A program made the position numbers and the translations under genes. Shown one piece after another: positions 1-9,173 of a stretch of DNA of 64,000 bases. The notes under the pieces were generated by a model that saw nothing but the letters and a program-made list of their open reading frames with translations, did no database searches and was not told the origin of the DNA. Origin of the DNA: a virus (lineage: Duplodnaviria; Heunggongvirae; Uroviricota; Caudoviricetes). The stretch covers positions 46,159 through 110,158 of the IMG/VR virus record IMGVR_UViG_3300042896_000947; one strand, 5' to 3'. How positions within the stretch are numbered: the first letter of the stretch is position 1; the number at the start of each line of letters is the position of its first letter.

Positions 1-1460
1 ACCTGCTGGCGTTCCAGCGCGAGGTTGGCGACCGCGACCTTGGTCGCCAGGCGCGTCTGCGCCGCCGCATTGGCGTCCGTCTCGACCTTGAGCACGGCCA
101 GCGCCTTGGTGGCCGCTGCCTTGGCAGCCAGGTCACTGGCGAGGTTGCTGAAATCCTTGGGCCGAAACGACTGAATGGCGTTGAGCCGCGCAGTCTCGGC
201 GACTATGGCGGCGTTGCGAGCCCGAAGTGCAGTCAGGTCGGCGGTGTAGCTGGCAAGCTGCTTGGTGGCCTGCGCCTGGCGCGCGGCGGCGTCGACGGCA
301 CCGGCCTGAGCGCCGGCGCGCTGCGCTTCTGAGCGCCGCATGATGGCGTTCACCTCGTCCTGCATAGACTTGATGCCCCGGCGCGAGGACGCCTCCAGGG
401 CGTTGCCCATCGGGCCAATCAGTCCGAACACCACCTTGTAGGCGACCCAGGCTTGGGCAGCCAGGGCGATCTCCTCGCGGTACTTGATCAGCGTCTGCGT
501 GATGCTGATGAGCGAATTCATGGCCTCGCCGAGCCCGGCCCCGGCGTCGGAGGAAAAGCGCTTGAAGTCGTCGGTGCGCAGCGCGGCGGTCAGCTTGAGT
601 GCGGCATCCTTGGCGCCGTCGCCAAAGCCGCTGTCCACGATGAACTTGGCGGCGAGCTCCCACTCGGACTTCAGCCGCGAGAGCGTGCCGGTCCAGGTCT
701 TCATCATCTCGGCGGCAGCGCCCGCGTTGTTGACCTGCATCATGTTGAGCATCTTGCCAATCGCCGGGCCGGTCTTGAGCGTGCCGGTCTGCACGATCTT
801 GGCCAGCTCGGCCATCGACACGCCCATGCCGTCAGCCATGTCCTGCATCGCCGTCGGGACGGCTTCGCCAAGCTGCTGGCGAAGCTCTTCCATTGAGATC
901 ACGCCTTTGCCGCTCATCTGCTGGATGGCGACCGAGGCGCGTTTGAGCGACTCGGAGGTGCCGCCAAAGCGCGCGACCGAGTTGACCAGCGCATTCATCG
1001 AGCCGTCGGCCGGGTCGATGCCGGCGGTCTTGAGCTTGACGAACGAGTCGGACAGCGCGGCGATGTCGAACGGCGCCTTCTTGGACAGCGCCGTGACAAA
1101 GTTGAAGTTCTTCAGGCCCTCGGCTTCCTTGGCAGCCTTGCTGGTCTCCTTGGACAGGCCGGTCATGAGCACCTGCATGCGCTCCAGCTCGCCGGCGGTC
1201 TTGAGGATCGACACCGGCAGGCGCAGGAACAGGTCGTTGATGTCCATCGCCACGAAGCGCAGGTTGCCCAGCGTCATGACGAGGTGGCGGAACTTGGTAC
1301 TCAGCGAGTCGGAGTTGTATTCCAGGCGCTTGACCGACTTGGCGGTCTGGTTGAGTGTGCTCTGAAATTCGCGCAGCACAGTGCCCGCGCGGCGGACCAC
1401 CACAGGCATGCCGCCGGCGTCAATCTTGAGTTCAATAACGATTTCGCCAGCGACTGCCAT
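1..1460 (-). CDS. Tail tape measure protein, N-terminal ~486 aa (gene continues beyond window start)
   Basis: Minus-strand translation from ATG at 1460 (RBS AGGAAG) gives MAVAGEIVIELKIDAGG..., a long Ala/Gln/Leu-rich protein. It sits immediately downstream of the G/GT chaperones. Not in the ORF track because the stop is outside the window. Confidence 0.75.
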   Translation of the reverse strand, partial: MAVAGEIVIELKIDAGGMPVVVRRAGTVLREFQSTLNQTAKSVKRLEYNSDSLSTKFRHLVMTLGNLRFVAMDINDLFLRLPVSILKTAGELERMQVLMTGLSKETSKAAKEAEGLKNFNFVTALSKKAPFDIAALSDSFVKLKTAGIDPADGSMNALVNSVARFGGTSESLKRASVAIQQMSGKGVISMEELRQQLGEAVPTAMQDMADGMGVSMAELAKIVQTGTLKTGPAIGKMLNMMQVNNAGAAAEMMKTWTGTLSRLKSEWELAAKFIVDSGFGDGAKDAALKLTAALRTDDFKRFSSDAGAGLGEAMNSLISITQTLIKYREEIALAAQAWVAYKVVFGLIGPMGNALEASSRRGIKSMQDEVNAIMRRSEAQRAGAQAGAVDAAARQAQATKQLASYTADLTALRARNAAIVAETARLNAIQSFRPKDFSNLASDLAAKAAATKALAVLKVETDANAAAQTRLATKVAVANLALERQQ

Positions 1461-1488
1461 GATGCTTCCTTGTTGTTTTTCTTCTGGG

Positions 1489-2150
1489 CTACATGCTTCT
1501 CAGCTCGTTGAAGCCAGCATCGTCACGCACCGAGTTGGCGGCGACGATGGCGTGAGCCGTCAACTTGATCGGCTCCGGACTGCGCGTGTGCAGCTCCGTG
1601 ACCATCTCGGCGGCCGTCTTGGGGTCATGGGTAGCGACCACCCCCAGCTCAAGCACCGTCTTGTTTTCCCCATCGAGCAGTCGCGGAATCGTCCCGGAGA
1701 GCTGCCAGAACACGCGCATCGGCAGCCCCATCGTGTCGCGGTAGGCGAGCGCGTAGACCCGCATGACCCGGCAGATGAGGAAGCCGAGGTCGACCGACTC
1801 GATCAGCTGGGCTTTTTTTCGGCGTCGCTCTCGCCCGCAGCGCCCGGGGTCTCGGTCAGGTCGAGTTCGCCGCGAATGAACTGCAACACCGCCGTCATGG
1901 CCGGCAGCTTGAGGGCGCGAATTTTCTCTTCGGGCAGCGTCGGGATGGCTTCCTTGATGGAGGCGATGGCTTGCTCGAAATTCTTGGCGACGTTTTCCTT
2001 CGCGGCGGGGTCGGTCGCTTCGAGCGCCTCGGCGGCCTTGAGGTTGTCGATGAACTGCTGAACGCTGGTTTCTTCAATCGGGTAAGCCACGCCGCCCAGC
2101 GAAATCTGGCGGGTGATCTGTGCAAAAGCGTCGATGTTCAAAATCTTCAT
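1489..2150 (-). CDS. Tail assembly chaperone GT fusion made by programmed -1 frameshift (T-frame segment 1489-1811)
   Basis: I read the -1 frame by hand. It is open from the slippery site through ORF 1489..1764 (..EKK|AQLIESVDLGFLICRVMRVYALAYRD..). This matches the frame arithmetic (codon tops 2 mod 3 shifting to 0 mod 3). Confidence 0.6.
1803..2150 (-). CDS. Tail assembly chaperone (gpG-like)
   Basis: 115 aa acidic protein between major tail and tape measure. It ends ...AEKKPS* on an A_AAA_AAG slippery site. Confidence 0.7.
   Translation of the reverse strand: MKILNIDAFAQITRQISLGGVAYPIEETSVQQFIDNLKAAEALEATDPAAKENVAKNFEQAIASIKEAIPTLPEEKIRALKLPAMTAVLQFIRGELDLTETPGAAGESDAEKKPS
1812..1818 (-). 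promoter_or_regulatory. Slippery heptamer A_AAA_AAG for -1 ribosomal frameshifting (G to GT)
   Basis: Plus strand reads cttttttt. On the mRNA this is GAA AAA AAG CCC, 3 codons before the G stop. Confidence 0.6.
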
Positions 2151-2228
2151 GGAAGTCTTTCAGCTAAAAGGGTGGGTTGGAAGGTGAATGGAAAATGAAG
2201 GCAGCCATTGCTGGCTGCCTTCAGTGCT

Positions 2229-3083
2229 TTAGGCGAGCAGGTCGCCCGTCGAGAACAGACGTCCGGCGCTGTCCGGGTAGCCGGTGAACTCGATGTTGTA
2301 GACGCGCTCGGAGTCCAGCTTGTAGGCGAAGGTCAGGGCACCCGGCGTGCCGGCCTGGTAGACCACGAAGTCGTCCGAGAAGTCGGTGTCGGCCTTGCCC
2401 TGTGGGTGCAGGCGCAGCACGCGCGCCAGGCTCAGCAGGTCGATGCCGGTGCCGGTGGAGGTTTCCACGCGTGCCTTGGTTTCCGCCACGCCGCCGGTGA
2501 AGGTCGCGCCGCCGGCAACGAAGCCGGTGGCTGCCGTAGCCGTCACGGCATTGCCCAGCACGCCGGGGTCGCCCACCTTGACGGTGATGACAGTGGCCGA
2601 GGTCAAGGACGCCTGCAGGCCGCCGAGGGCTGCTTGCAACGTGGCGCGGTTGATCGCGTCCACGGCGTTTTGCATCGAGATGGCCTGCGTGGTGCCCAGA
2701 ACCACTTGGTAGGCGGTCGTGGGCTTGCTGCCGGCGGCGATGAAGGTGAACGCCTGGCCACCCAGCGTGAAGGTGCTGGAGATGGTAGGTGCGGCGGCCG
2801 AGGTCAGCGTGACGGACGCCTGTGCGCCGTCGGTGATCAGTGCCGAGCCGGGCATGGTTGCCACCAGGTTGCGCAGCGTGGTTTCCGCCAGCGGCACCTT
2901 GACCTGCACGGTGCGACCCATGATCAGCTCATTGATAGCGGTCTTGCCGAACTGGTCCACTTCGACCTTGTGGGTCTCGGTGGAGACGGTGACTTCAACG
3001 CCGCCTTGGGTCAGGCCCAAGTCGAGACCGTCGAAGTAAGCCTTGCACACGCCGAGTTTGACGTTTTTGGTACTGGATGCCAT
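2229..3083 (-). CDS. Major tail (tail tube) protein
   Basis: 284 aa, Thr/Ala/Gly-rich beta-type protein in the position preceding the G/GT chaperones. Strong SD AAGGAA upstream. Confidence 0.65.
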   Translation of the reverse strand: MASSTKNVKLGVCKAYFDGLDLGLTQGGVEVTVSTETHKVEVDQFGKTAINELIMGRTVQVKVPLAETTLRNLVATMPGSALITDGAQASVTLTSAAAPTISSTFTLGGQAFTFIAAGSKPTTAYQVVLGTTQAISMQNAVDAINRATLQAALGGLQASLTSATVITVKVGDPGVLGNAVTATAATGFVAGGATFTGGVAETKARVETSTGTGIDLLSLARVLRLHPQGKADTDFSDDFVVYQAGTPGALTFAYKLDSERVYNIEFTGYPDSAGRLFSTGDLLA

Positions 3084-3120
3084 TTTCTTATTCCTTGTTC
3101 TATTTCAGGGTTTCTGTTAA

Positions 3121-3138
3121 TCAGTCACGGGTGACTGA
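3121..3138. promoter_or_regulatory. Perfect palindrome TCAGTCAC-gg-GTGACTGA, 38 nt upstream of the major tail ATG
   Basis: Inverted repeat with 8-bp arms. Member of the genome-wide AGTCA..TGACT motif family. Confidence 0.6.
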
Positions 3139-3167
3139 TTCTATGCGCCAAGGCGCGTGGGCGCAAG

Positions 3168-3554
3168 TTAACCGCCCGGCACCACGAAGGTGACCTGCAC
3201 ATCGACCTCGAACTCCCAGTAGCCGCCCGCCGAGCGCCGGTAGGGGCGCGGCAGGTTGGCCGGCAGGCACTGGCGCACCAGCATGTCGCCGGCGGTGAAG
3301 CCGATGTGGCTGGTCAGCGCCTGCGACGCCTTGGTGGCCAGGGTGCGACCGGCGACATAGTCGGTGTGGCGCACGACGACGCGAAACTCGGTCTCGTAGT
3401 AGCCCGGCAGTTCGTGGTTGATCGGGGTGCCGCCGTAACTGCCCATCAGCAAGATGCCGATGTCGCAGGCAGCGGGCATCTCCGTCACAAAGATGGACTT
3501 GCGCTCCAGACGCGTATTGAGCGCCAGGCGGTCGGCGATGGCTTCCAGGTTCAT
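3168..3554 (-). CDS. Tail terminator / tail completion-like protein
   Basis: 128 aa, placed between the gp10-like protein and the major tail gene. Call is by synteny only. Confidence 0.4.
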   Translation of the reverse strand: MNLEAIADRLALNTRLERKSIFVTEMPAACDIGILLMGSYGGTPINHELPGYYETEFRVVVRHTDYVAGRTLATKASQALTSHIGFTAGDMLVRQCLPANLPRPYRRSAGGYWEFEVDVQVTFVVPGG

Positions 3555-4054
3555 TCGTCACCTCCGGTGTCGCGTTGGTAGTCGATGTTGATCAGGCGTG
3601 ATTTGCCCAGCGTGCGGCTCACCTCGGTGCGGGCGTTTTCCAGCATCATCTTGGTGCCCTCCTTGATGGCGCGCGAGAGAAAGCGCCCGCCCACCTTGGG
3701 GCCGGACTTGGCGCGGGTGTGAAAGTCCAGGCCGCCCGGGGCGCGCCGGCCGTGCGGGTGCAGCTGCTGCTCCATGATCCAGGCGTAGTCACCCACGGGC
3801 TTGCCGGCCGGGTGCATCGCATCCAGGTCGATGTAGACGACGAACACCTTGCGTTTGTCGGCGCCGGTGGTCGTGCCGTAGTCGATCGAGTTCTCCAGCG
3901 TGCCGGTGTCCCGGGGCGCGTACTCGCGCGCCAGGTCGCGGATCTTCACGGCGGCGCGGCGCAGGCTGCGCGCTGCGTTGCTGCTGGCTTTTTCGGCGAT
4001 GTTGTGAATGCTCGCTTCGAGGGCCGGGACGTTGAACTTGATCTTCATGCCCAT
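3551..4054 (-). CDS. HK97 gp10-like tail-component / neck protein
   Basis: 167 aa with an ..ENSIDYGTT.. region typical of the HK97 gp10 family. Overlaps the next gene by 4 nt. Confidence 0.5.
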   Translation of the reverse strand: MGMKIKFNVPALEASIHNIAEKASSNAARSLRRAAVKIRDLAREYAPRDTGTLENSIDYGTTTGADKRKVFVVYIDLDAMHPAGKPVGDYAWIMEQQLHPHGRRAPGGLDFHTRAKSGPKVGGRFLSRAIKEGTKMMLENARTEVSRTLGKSRLINIDYQRDTGGDE

Positions 4055-4057
4055 GGC

Positions 4058-4401
4058 TTACTTCCAGGCCGTGCAGCTGATTTCGAGGTGGTCGAGCACG
4101 CCGTTGGGGCGGTAGCGCTCCTGCCGGCCGATGACGCGAACCTCGTTGCCCTGCACCGTCAGGATGTCGCCCAGCGCAATGCCGCTGGTGCGCAGCGCGA
4201 GCAGCACGACATTGGCCGTGTCTTCATAGGCGTGACCGTGTGAGCCGCCCGAGTCGGTGCGCACCGTGGTATGCACCGCATTGAAGATCAGCTTGACCGG
4301 CGCGACGCGCTCGCGCTGAACCGGCCCCAGCATGGGCTGGCCGTAGGTGTCGTTGCCCAGCTGCGCGCGCCGCTCAATCCAGAGTTTCGGGTAGATCATG
4401 A
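4058..4401 (-). CDS. Head-tail adaptor / head closure-like protein
   Basis: Start moved to the internal ATG (MIYPKLW..), which overlaps the upstream stop as ATGA. Call is by synteny. Confidence 0.4.
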
Positions 4402-5199
4402 CCGGCCGATCGCGCCGCTGTAGCGCAGCCAGCGCTGCAGGTGCGCCAGGGCGCGCGGGCACACCGGGTATTCCATGGGCTTGGAGCTGCCCGTGGCGCC
4501 CTGGCGCCAGGTTTGGCTCGACTCGCCCACGGTCAGCGAGGTCATGCCAGCGTTGCCTGCCGCGCGCGGCGAGTCGATGTTGAGCACATCGTCGGCCTCG
4601 GCGACCTGGGCCAGGCGAAGCGCCGTCAGCAGGGGCGCGTAAAGCAGCAGCACATCGGCTGGTGCCAGGTTGCGCAGCAGCCGCTCGCTGCGCCGGGCGC
4701 CCAGCCAGCTGTCGCTGGTCATGCGACTCTGGTCACTGCCGAACTCCAGGGCGATGGGCAGCTGCAAGATGCGCTGGTGGGCCTCGACCAGTGCGCTTTC
4801 CCGGGCGTCGCGCTCGGCGCTGTTCCAGCCGCTGGTGAAGTCCGCAGGCTGGCCTTCGATCAAGAAGAGCGCCTGAAAGTACGACTGAAAGGTGTTGAAT
4901 CCGGCCAGCAGCACGGTGCCGGCCTTGAGCATCGCCACCTGGGTGCTGAGCCAGGCGCCCAGCGCGGTGGTGACCTCCAGCTCGATGCCGCGCAGGGCGC
5001 GCAGCGCCTGAGCCGGGAGCTGGTTGAGGGCGGCAGGAACGACGAGCGTGAGCGAGGTGCCGTCCGGCAGGTCTGCCGCCGTCCAGTCCTGCAGCACGAC
5101 TTCGTTTTCATCCAGCACGCGCCAGCGCAGCGCGGTCGGCTGCTCGCCAACCAGGTCGAAGGTCAGGGGCACATCGGTGCCGGGTTGGTAGCTTTGCAT
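4396..5199 (-). CDS. Hypothetical virion (head-tail connector region) protein
   Basis: 267 aa ORF in the head-completion region. No recognisable motif. Confidence 0.4.
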   Translation of the reverse strand: MQSYQPGTDVPLTFDLVGEQPTALRWRVLDENEVVLQDWTAADLPDGTSLTLVVPAALNQLPAQALRALRGIELEVTTALGAWLSTQVAMLKAGTVLLAGFNTFQSYFQALFLIEGQPADFTSGWNSAERDARESALVEAHQRILQLPIALEFGSDQSRMTSDSWLGARRSERLLRNLAPADVLLLYAPLLTALRLAQVAEADDVLNIDSPRAAGNAGMTSLTVGESSQTWRQGATGSSKPMEYPVCPRALAHLQRWLRYSGAIGRS

Positions 5200-5208
5200 G
5201 ACAGGGCC

Positions 5209-5604
5209 TTATGCGGCTTGCGCGTGGAGGATTTTTTCGATCAGCTCGGAGATCGAGTTGCCCTTGAGGCCCAGCTCGTCGCCAATCTCGCGCACGCCCT
5301 TGATGCCGCGTGCGTCGGCCACCAGCTCCAGCGACTCCTTGGAGTGGACCTGGGTGGCCGCCAGGGCGTCAGATGCCGGGGCGACGACCACCTCGACGGG
5401 CGCTTCGATCAGGCCGCTGTCCACGATCAGCTGGGCGGCCGAGGGGTTGCGGCCCGTCTCGACATCCTCGATCGAGACGATGCCGCCGATGTGGGCGGCG
5501 TCGGCGCGGCTGCACTCGTCAACGGACACGCCGTCGGCGAACTCGACCATGCCCAGCAGGCCAGTGTAGCCAGCCCAGCCGGCTTGTGTGATTTTGATCT
5601 TCAT
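5209..5604 (-). CDS. Hypothetical head-associated protein
   Basis: Start at MKIKITQAGW with RBS AAGGAAA. Sits directly downstream of the capsid gene. Confidence 0.4.
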   Translation of the reverse strand: MKIKITQAGWAGYTGLLGMVEFADGVSVDECSRADAAHIGGIVSIEDVETGRNPSAAQLIVDSGLIEAPVEVVVAPASDALAATQVHSKESLELVADARGIKGVREIGDELGLKGNSISELIEKILHAQAA

Positions 5605-5640
5605 GATGTTTTCCTTTGGGATGAGAAAGTGTTGATAAAA

Positions 5641-5665
5641 AAAATGGGGCCGTAGCCCCATTTTT
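5641..5665. terminator. Bidirectional intrinsic terminator AAAATGGGGC-cgta-GCCCCATTTTT just after the capsid gene
   Basis: Perfect 10-bp stem flanked by A and T runs. Confidence 0.6.
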
Positions 5666-5697
5666 CAGTCACCCGTGACTTACGCCTTGTGGGCGTT

Positions 5698-6603
5698 TTA
5701 GACGTTGGTCAGACCGTTCAGGCGAGCCATCGAACGGGTGCTCTTCAGCGCCATGCCGCAGTACCACTTGACGCGGGTGCGAATGGCATCCTTGTTCTGC
5801 ACGGTGCCGATGGCTTCGACACGAATGCCGGCCGCCGAACCGCCGTACAGACCGTGCAGGCCGTCCAGCTCATTGGCACGCACCGCGTACACGGAGCAGG
5901 TCGTCGCGCCGGAAGTGCCCAGCACTTCGGTAGCAGGCAGCCAGTCGTTGATCACGATCGGCACGCCGTTGTGTGCCAGGATAGGCACCTCGAAGTTCGG
6001 GTGCTGGATCATCGCAGCCGTGTTACCGGCAGCGGCGCGCAGCAGGGCCATGTAGGCGCGGCGGGTGCCAGAGCGCATCATCAGGAAGTCCGGCTTGTTC
6101 GGCACGGCGTCAACCAGCTGGTCCAGCGCGCTCATGGTGAGGGCGCCGCCGTTGGCAGCGATGTTCACCGTTTGACCGGCGGTCGTCAGCACTTTCATGC
6201 CGTCGAAGGACTTCGCGTTGGCGCCTGCGTCACCGTTGACGGCAGTGTCCATGAACTGACGGGCCATGGCCTTGGACTTCAGCGCCAACTGGGTAGCCAG
6301 CTGGTCTTCGGTGTCGGACATGGTCTCGTTCAGGAACTTGTCGACGTCCACGTCGCCAGCCAGAATGCGCAGCTTGGTCACGATTTCCGTGAACGTACCG
6401 GCGCTTTCAGGCACAACCTCGTCAACGTCCAGGAACGCAACGGTGGGCAGCACGTTTTCGCGCTTGTAGAGGTACGCCTTGCCGTTCACTTGCGCGAATG
6501 GCAGGAGAGCGAACATTTCGTTCACGGTGATGATCTCTTCGATCAGGCCCTGAACCACTTGGTTCTGGGAGAGTTTTTCTGCTTCGGCTCGGAGGAGTGC
6601 CAT
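5698..6603 (-). CDS. Major capsid protein (HK97 fold)
   Basis: 301 aa, preceded by a scaffold protein. The region ..VNEMFALLPFAQVNGKAYLY.. has the length and order typical of HK97-type capsid proteins. Confidence 0.85.
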   Translation of the reverse strand: MALLRAEAEKLSQNQVVQGLIEEIITVNEMFALLPFAQVNGKAYLYKRENVLPTVAFLDVDEVVPESAGTFTEIVTKLRILAGDVDVDKFLNETMSDTEDQLATQLALKSKAMARQFMDTAVNGDAGANAKSFDGMKVLTTAGQTVNIAANGGALTMSALDQLVDAVPNKPDFLMMRSGTRRAYMALLRAAAGNTAAMIQHPNFEVPILAHNGVPIVINDWLPATEVLGTSGATTCSVYAVRANELDGLHGLYGGSAAGIRVEAIGTVQNKDAIRTRVKWYCGMALKSTRSMARLNGLTNV

Positions 6604-6626
6604 TTTTTGTTTTCCTTGTTGGCTCG

Positions 6627-6646
6627 CTCAGTCAGCGATGACTGAG
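6627..6646. promoter_or_regulatory. Palindrome CTCAGTCA-gcga-TGACTGAG, 23 nt upstream of the capsid ATG
   Basis: Perfect inverted repeat with 8-bp arms. Confidence 0.6.
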
Positions 6647-6659
6647 TATATGAGCCTTG

Positions 6660-7517
6660 TTACTTGATTGCAAGCGCCTTGAGGCCGGCGGCGATGCGTT
6701 CGATGCTGGTCATCTGTGCCTTCGCTTCGCTGCTGTCCTTTTTGACGCTCTTGACGGTCGAGCTGCCTGCGCCTGGCTTCATCTTGGACTTCACCAGTTC
6801 GTCACGATCCGGGTCGGCCTCGATGAGCTTGCGCATGGCTTCTTCAAAGCTCAGCGCGTTCGCGGCGGCGTCCACCAGCAGCGTGCGGTCACTTGCACCT
6901 GCGGGCTTGTCGTAGCCGACGACCTTGCCGTCCTTGAATTCAAAGTGCGATCCGTAGATCACACGCGCCTTGGCGGGCGTCAGCGTCAGGTCTTCCTTGA
7001 CGAACTGGCTGTTGGTGAACGCGCCGCCCACAGTCAGTTCGGCAATTTGCCGCGACAGCGTGACCGAGGCGAGCTTGGCCTCCTCGATCTGCTGCTGCAT
7101 GGAGGACTTGTCCGCCGCGTGGCGCTCGCCCATTTGCTTGGTCAGGCGGTCAAAGTCACCCTTGGCCTCCAGACGTTTGGTTTCCAACGCTTCTTGCTCG
7201 GCGAGCATCGTCCGGACCTTGTCCAGGTCGATGCCGTCGAACGACTTGAGCTTCTCATTCACTTGAGAGAGCTGACCTTCCAACTCCGACGCGCGGGTCT
7301 TGTGCTTCATCAGGTCTTTGAGCAGCTTGGCTTCGGCATCCGAGGTTTGACCCTTGGCCGCTTCGGCTTTATCCGCTTCTACTTTGTCAGCCGCGGCCTT
7401 GGCTGCCAGGGCGGCGGCTGCAGCAGCGTCGCCTGTCCCGGTGCCGCCGGCGTCAGTGCCGCCTTCGCCCGCTTGGTCCATGAGTCGGTGCAGTTTCATC
7501 AGTCGTAGGATGCGCAT
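6660..7517 (-). CDS. Scaffolding protein
   Basis: Ala/Lys/Glu-rich coiled-coil protein between portal and capsid. RBS AAGGAAAG. Confidence 0.65.
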   Translation of the reverse strand: MRILRLMKLHRLMDQAGEGGTDAGGTGTGDAAAAAALAAKAAADKVEADKAEAAKGQTSDAEAKLLKDLMKHKTRASELEGQLSQVNEKLKSFDGIDLDKVRTMLAEQEALETKRLEAKGDFDRLTKQMGERHAADKSSMQQQIEEAKLASVTLSRQIAELTVGGAFTNSQFVKEDLTLTPAKARVIYGSHFEFKDGKVVGYDKPAGASDRTLLVDAAANALSFEEAMRKLIEADPDRDELVKSKMKPGAGSSTVKSVKKDSSEAKAQMTSIERIAAGLKALAIK

Positions 7518-7586
7518 GTATCTTTCCTTGCGGCCAGTCTCTCGGCCATTGTTGAGGGTGTGTGAACAGGTCTCTTAGTTCACGGG

Positions 7587-9122
7587 TTAAGCGGCCATTT
7601 TTTTGGCCACTCGTTGGGTGTTGGCCGCCTTCAGCGGGTCACCCGAACTCTTTTCGCCTGGCGCCGTCGGGGCGCCCAGGCCGGTGGCCGCGATCATCTC
7701 CGGCGGCCAGTCTTTGAGGGAGGCTTCCAGCAGCGCGCTGACCTTGTCAGAGGCGGCCGGGAACAGTTTCTTGGTCAGTGCGCGCATCTGCTCGCGCCGC
7801 ACCTCGTCGGGGGCGGTGATCAGACTCAGCTGCGCGGCGATCTCAAACTCGTCGTAGACGCTGCGCACGTCGAATTCGGTGGGGTACTCCAGCAGCTTTT
7901 CAACCGCCAGGTCTTTCTCGCCGGCGTACAGCCCGACCATGCGCAGGATGTTTTGCTCCGTCAGCTGCAGCGCGGCGGCCTTGGCCGTCAGCAGCGAGTT
8001 GACGCGCTCGAAGTCGTAGCTCTTGGCCACGCCGGACGCCTCTGTGCCTGCGCCGCCGCTGTTGCTCTGCGTGCGCTCGCCCGAGAGGCCGACCGAGTGG
8101 TAGATTTCGTTGATGATCGAGCCGATCGCCTTGAGGATCAGCTCGGCCTGCTTGGGGTCCGGGCTCAGGTAGAACGGCTGTGTGCCGGCTTCGCCGTTGA
8201 ACAGGAACACCCGCTTGGTGCTCATCTGGATCAGCTTGTCGTAGCCGCTCTCGCCCGGCAGCACGCCTTGGGCGGGCATGGCGAGCTGGGAAAACGTCTG
8301 GTCCTGGATGATCGCGTCCAGGTTGGACAGGTAGTTGGCGACCGCGCGGTCCAGGTAGGCGGCGTCCTCGACCAGGCCCGGGGCGTGGTAGAACTCTTCG
8401 GAGAACACATGGTCGGCCTGCACGATCGGCACGACGCCCAGACCATGCACGCCGGAGTCGGTCTCGACGTAGCTTTTCTTGCCGCGCTTGACCACGGTCT
8501 CGTAGAGCGTCCAGCTGTCGCGCGTCCACAGGCGAAAGCGCTCGACCGAGGCGCGCGAAGACTCCATCGGGTCGTCGTCATCGCGGCCGAACTCGCGCAC
8601 CAAGGCCCAGTTGAGCTGGCCCAGTTCGTCGTAGCTCATGTCCAGAAAGTCTTGCGGGCGCACGATGTAGGCGTAAATCTGGCCAGCGGCGAGCTTTTCG
8701 TCCTTCACCGTGGTGACCGTGCCGGCCTGTACGCTCGAATCCACCACCACCCAGGCGCGGCCGTAGATGCTGGTGGCGTTGGAGATGCGCTTGGCAAAGG
8801 TGTCGGCGTCCAGGCCGTTGAGCGTGGCGCGCTTCCAGAAGCGCTTGATGGCCCCCGGGCTGTCGGCTTCGTTGCGCGTGATCGGCATCTTGAAGACGTA
8901 TTTGTCCACCTGGTCCACCACCTGCTTGGTGTGGTTGAAGCGGTAGGCGCGCTTGACGCGCTCCTCGAACTCGATGTCGCCTTCCTTGACGAAGCGAAAA
9001 ATGTTGTCCTCGAACCAATCCCGGCCACCCTCGTAGGTGTCCTCCAGGAAATCCCAGTGTTCGATCCGCTCCGCGTATTCGGGGTGGCGGCTTTCGATGA
9101 GTTTTTTGATTTTGTCGGTCAT
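7587..9122 (-). CDS. Portal protein
   Basis: 511 aa, immediately downstream of the terminase large subunit. Size and position are typical of a portal. Confidence 0.85.
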   Translation of the reverse strand: MTDKIKKLIESRHPEYAERIEHWDFLEDTYEGGRDWFEDNIFRFVKEGDIEFEERVKRAYRFNHTKQVVDQVDKYVFKMPITRNEADSPGAIKRFWKRATLNGLDADTFAKRISNATSIYGRAWVVVDSSVQAGTVTTVKDEKLAAGQIYAYIVRPQDFLDMSYDELGQLNWALVREFGRDDDDPMESSRASVERFRLWTRDSWTLYETVVKRGKKSYVETDSGVHGLGVVPIVQADHVFSEEFYHAPGLVEDAAYLDRAVANYLSNLDAIIQDQTFSQLAMPAQGVLPGESGYDKLIQMSTKRVFLFNGEAGTQPFYLSPDPKQAELILKAIGSIINEIYHSVGLSGERTQSNSGGAGTEASGVAKSYDFERVNSLLTAKAAALQLTEQNILRMVGLYAGEKDLAVEKLLEYPTEFDVRSVYDEFEIAAQLSLITAPDEVRREQMRALTKKLFPAASDKVSALLEASLKDWPPEMIAATGLGAPTAPGEKSSGDPLKAANTQRVAKKMAA

Positions 9123-9152
9123 GGTTCTTATAGGCAGGGTTGGATGATAGTT

Positions 9153-9169
9153 TAGTCAGGACTGACTGA
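9153..9169. promoter_or_regulatory. Palindrome TAGTCAG-ga-CTGACTGA between terminase and portal
   Basis: Inverted repeat, same motif family. Confidence 0.55.
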
Positions 9170-9173
9170 CAAG

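Noticed and set aside
453-2061. Plus-strand ORFs 453..896, 484..1365 and 1381..2061
   Set aside because: Antisense to the tape measure and chaperone genes. Ser/Ala/Arg-rich translations with no coherent domain.
7614-9155. 513-aa plus-strand ORF
   Set aside because: Lies exactly antisense to the portal gene. Arg/Ala/Gly/Leu-rich low-complexity translation typical of the reverse frame of a high-GC gene. No RBS.
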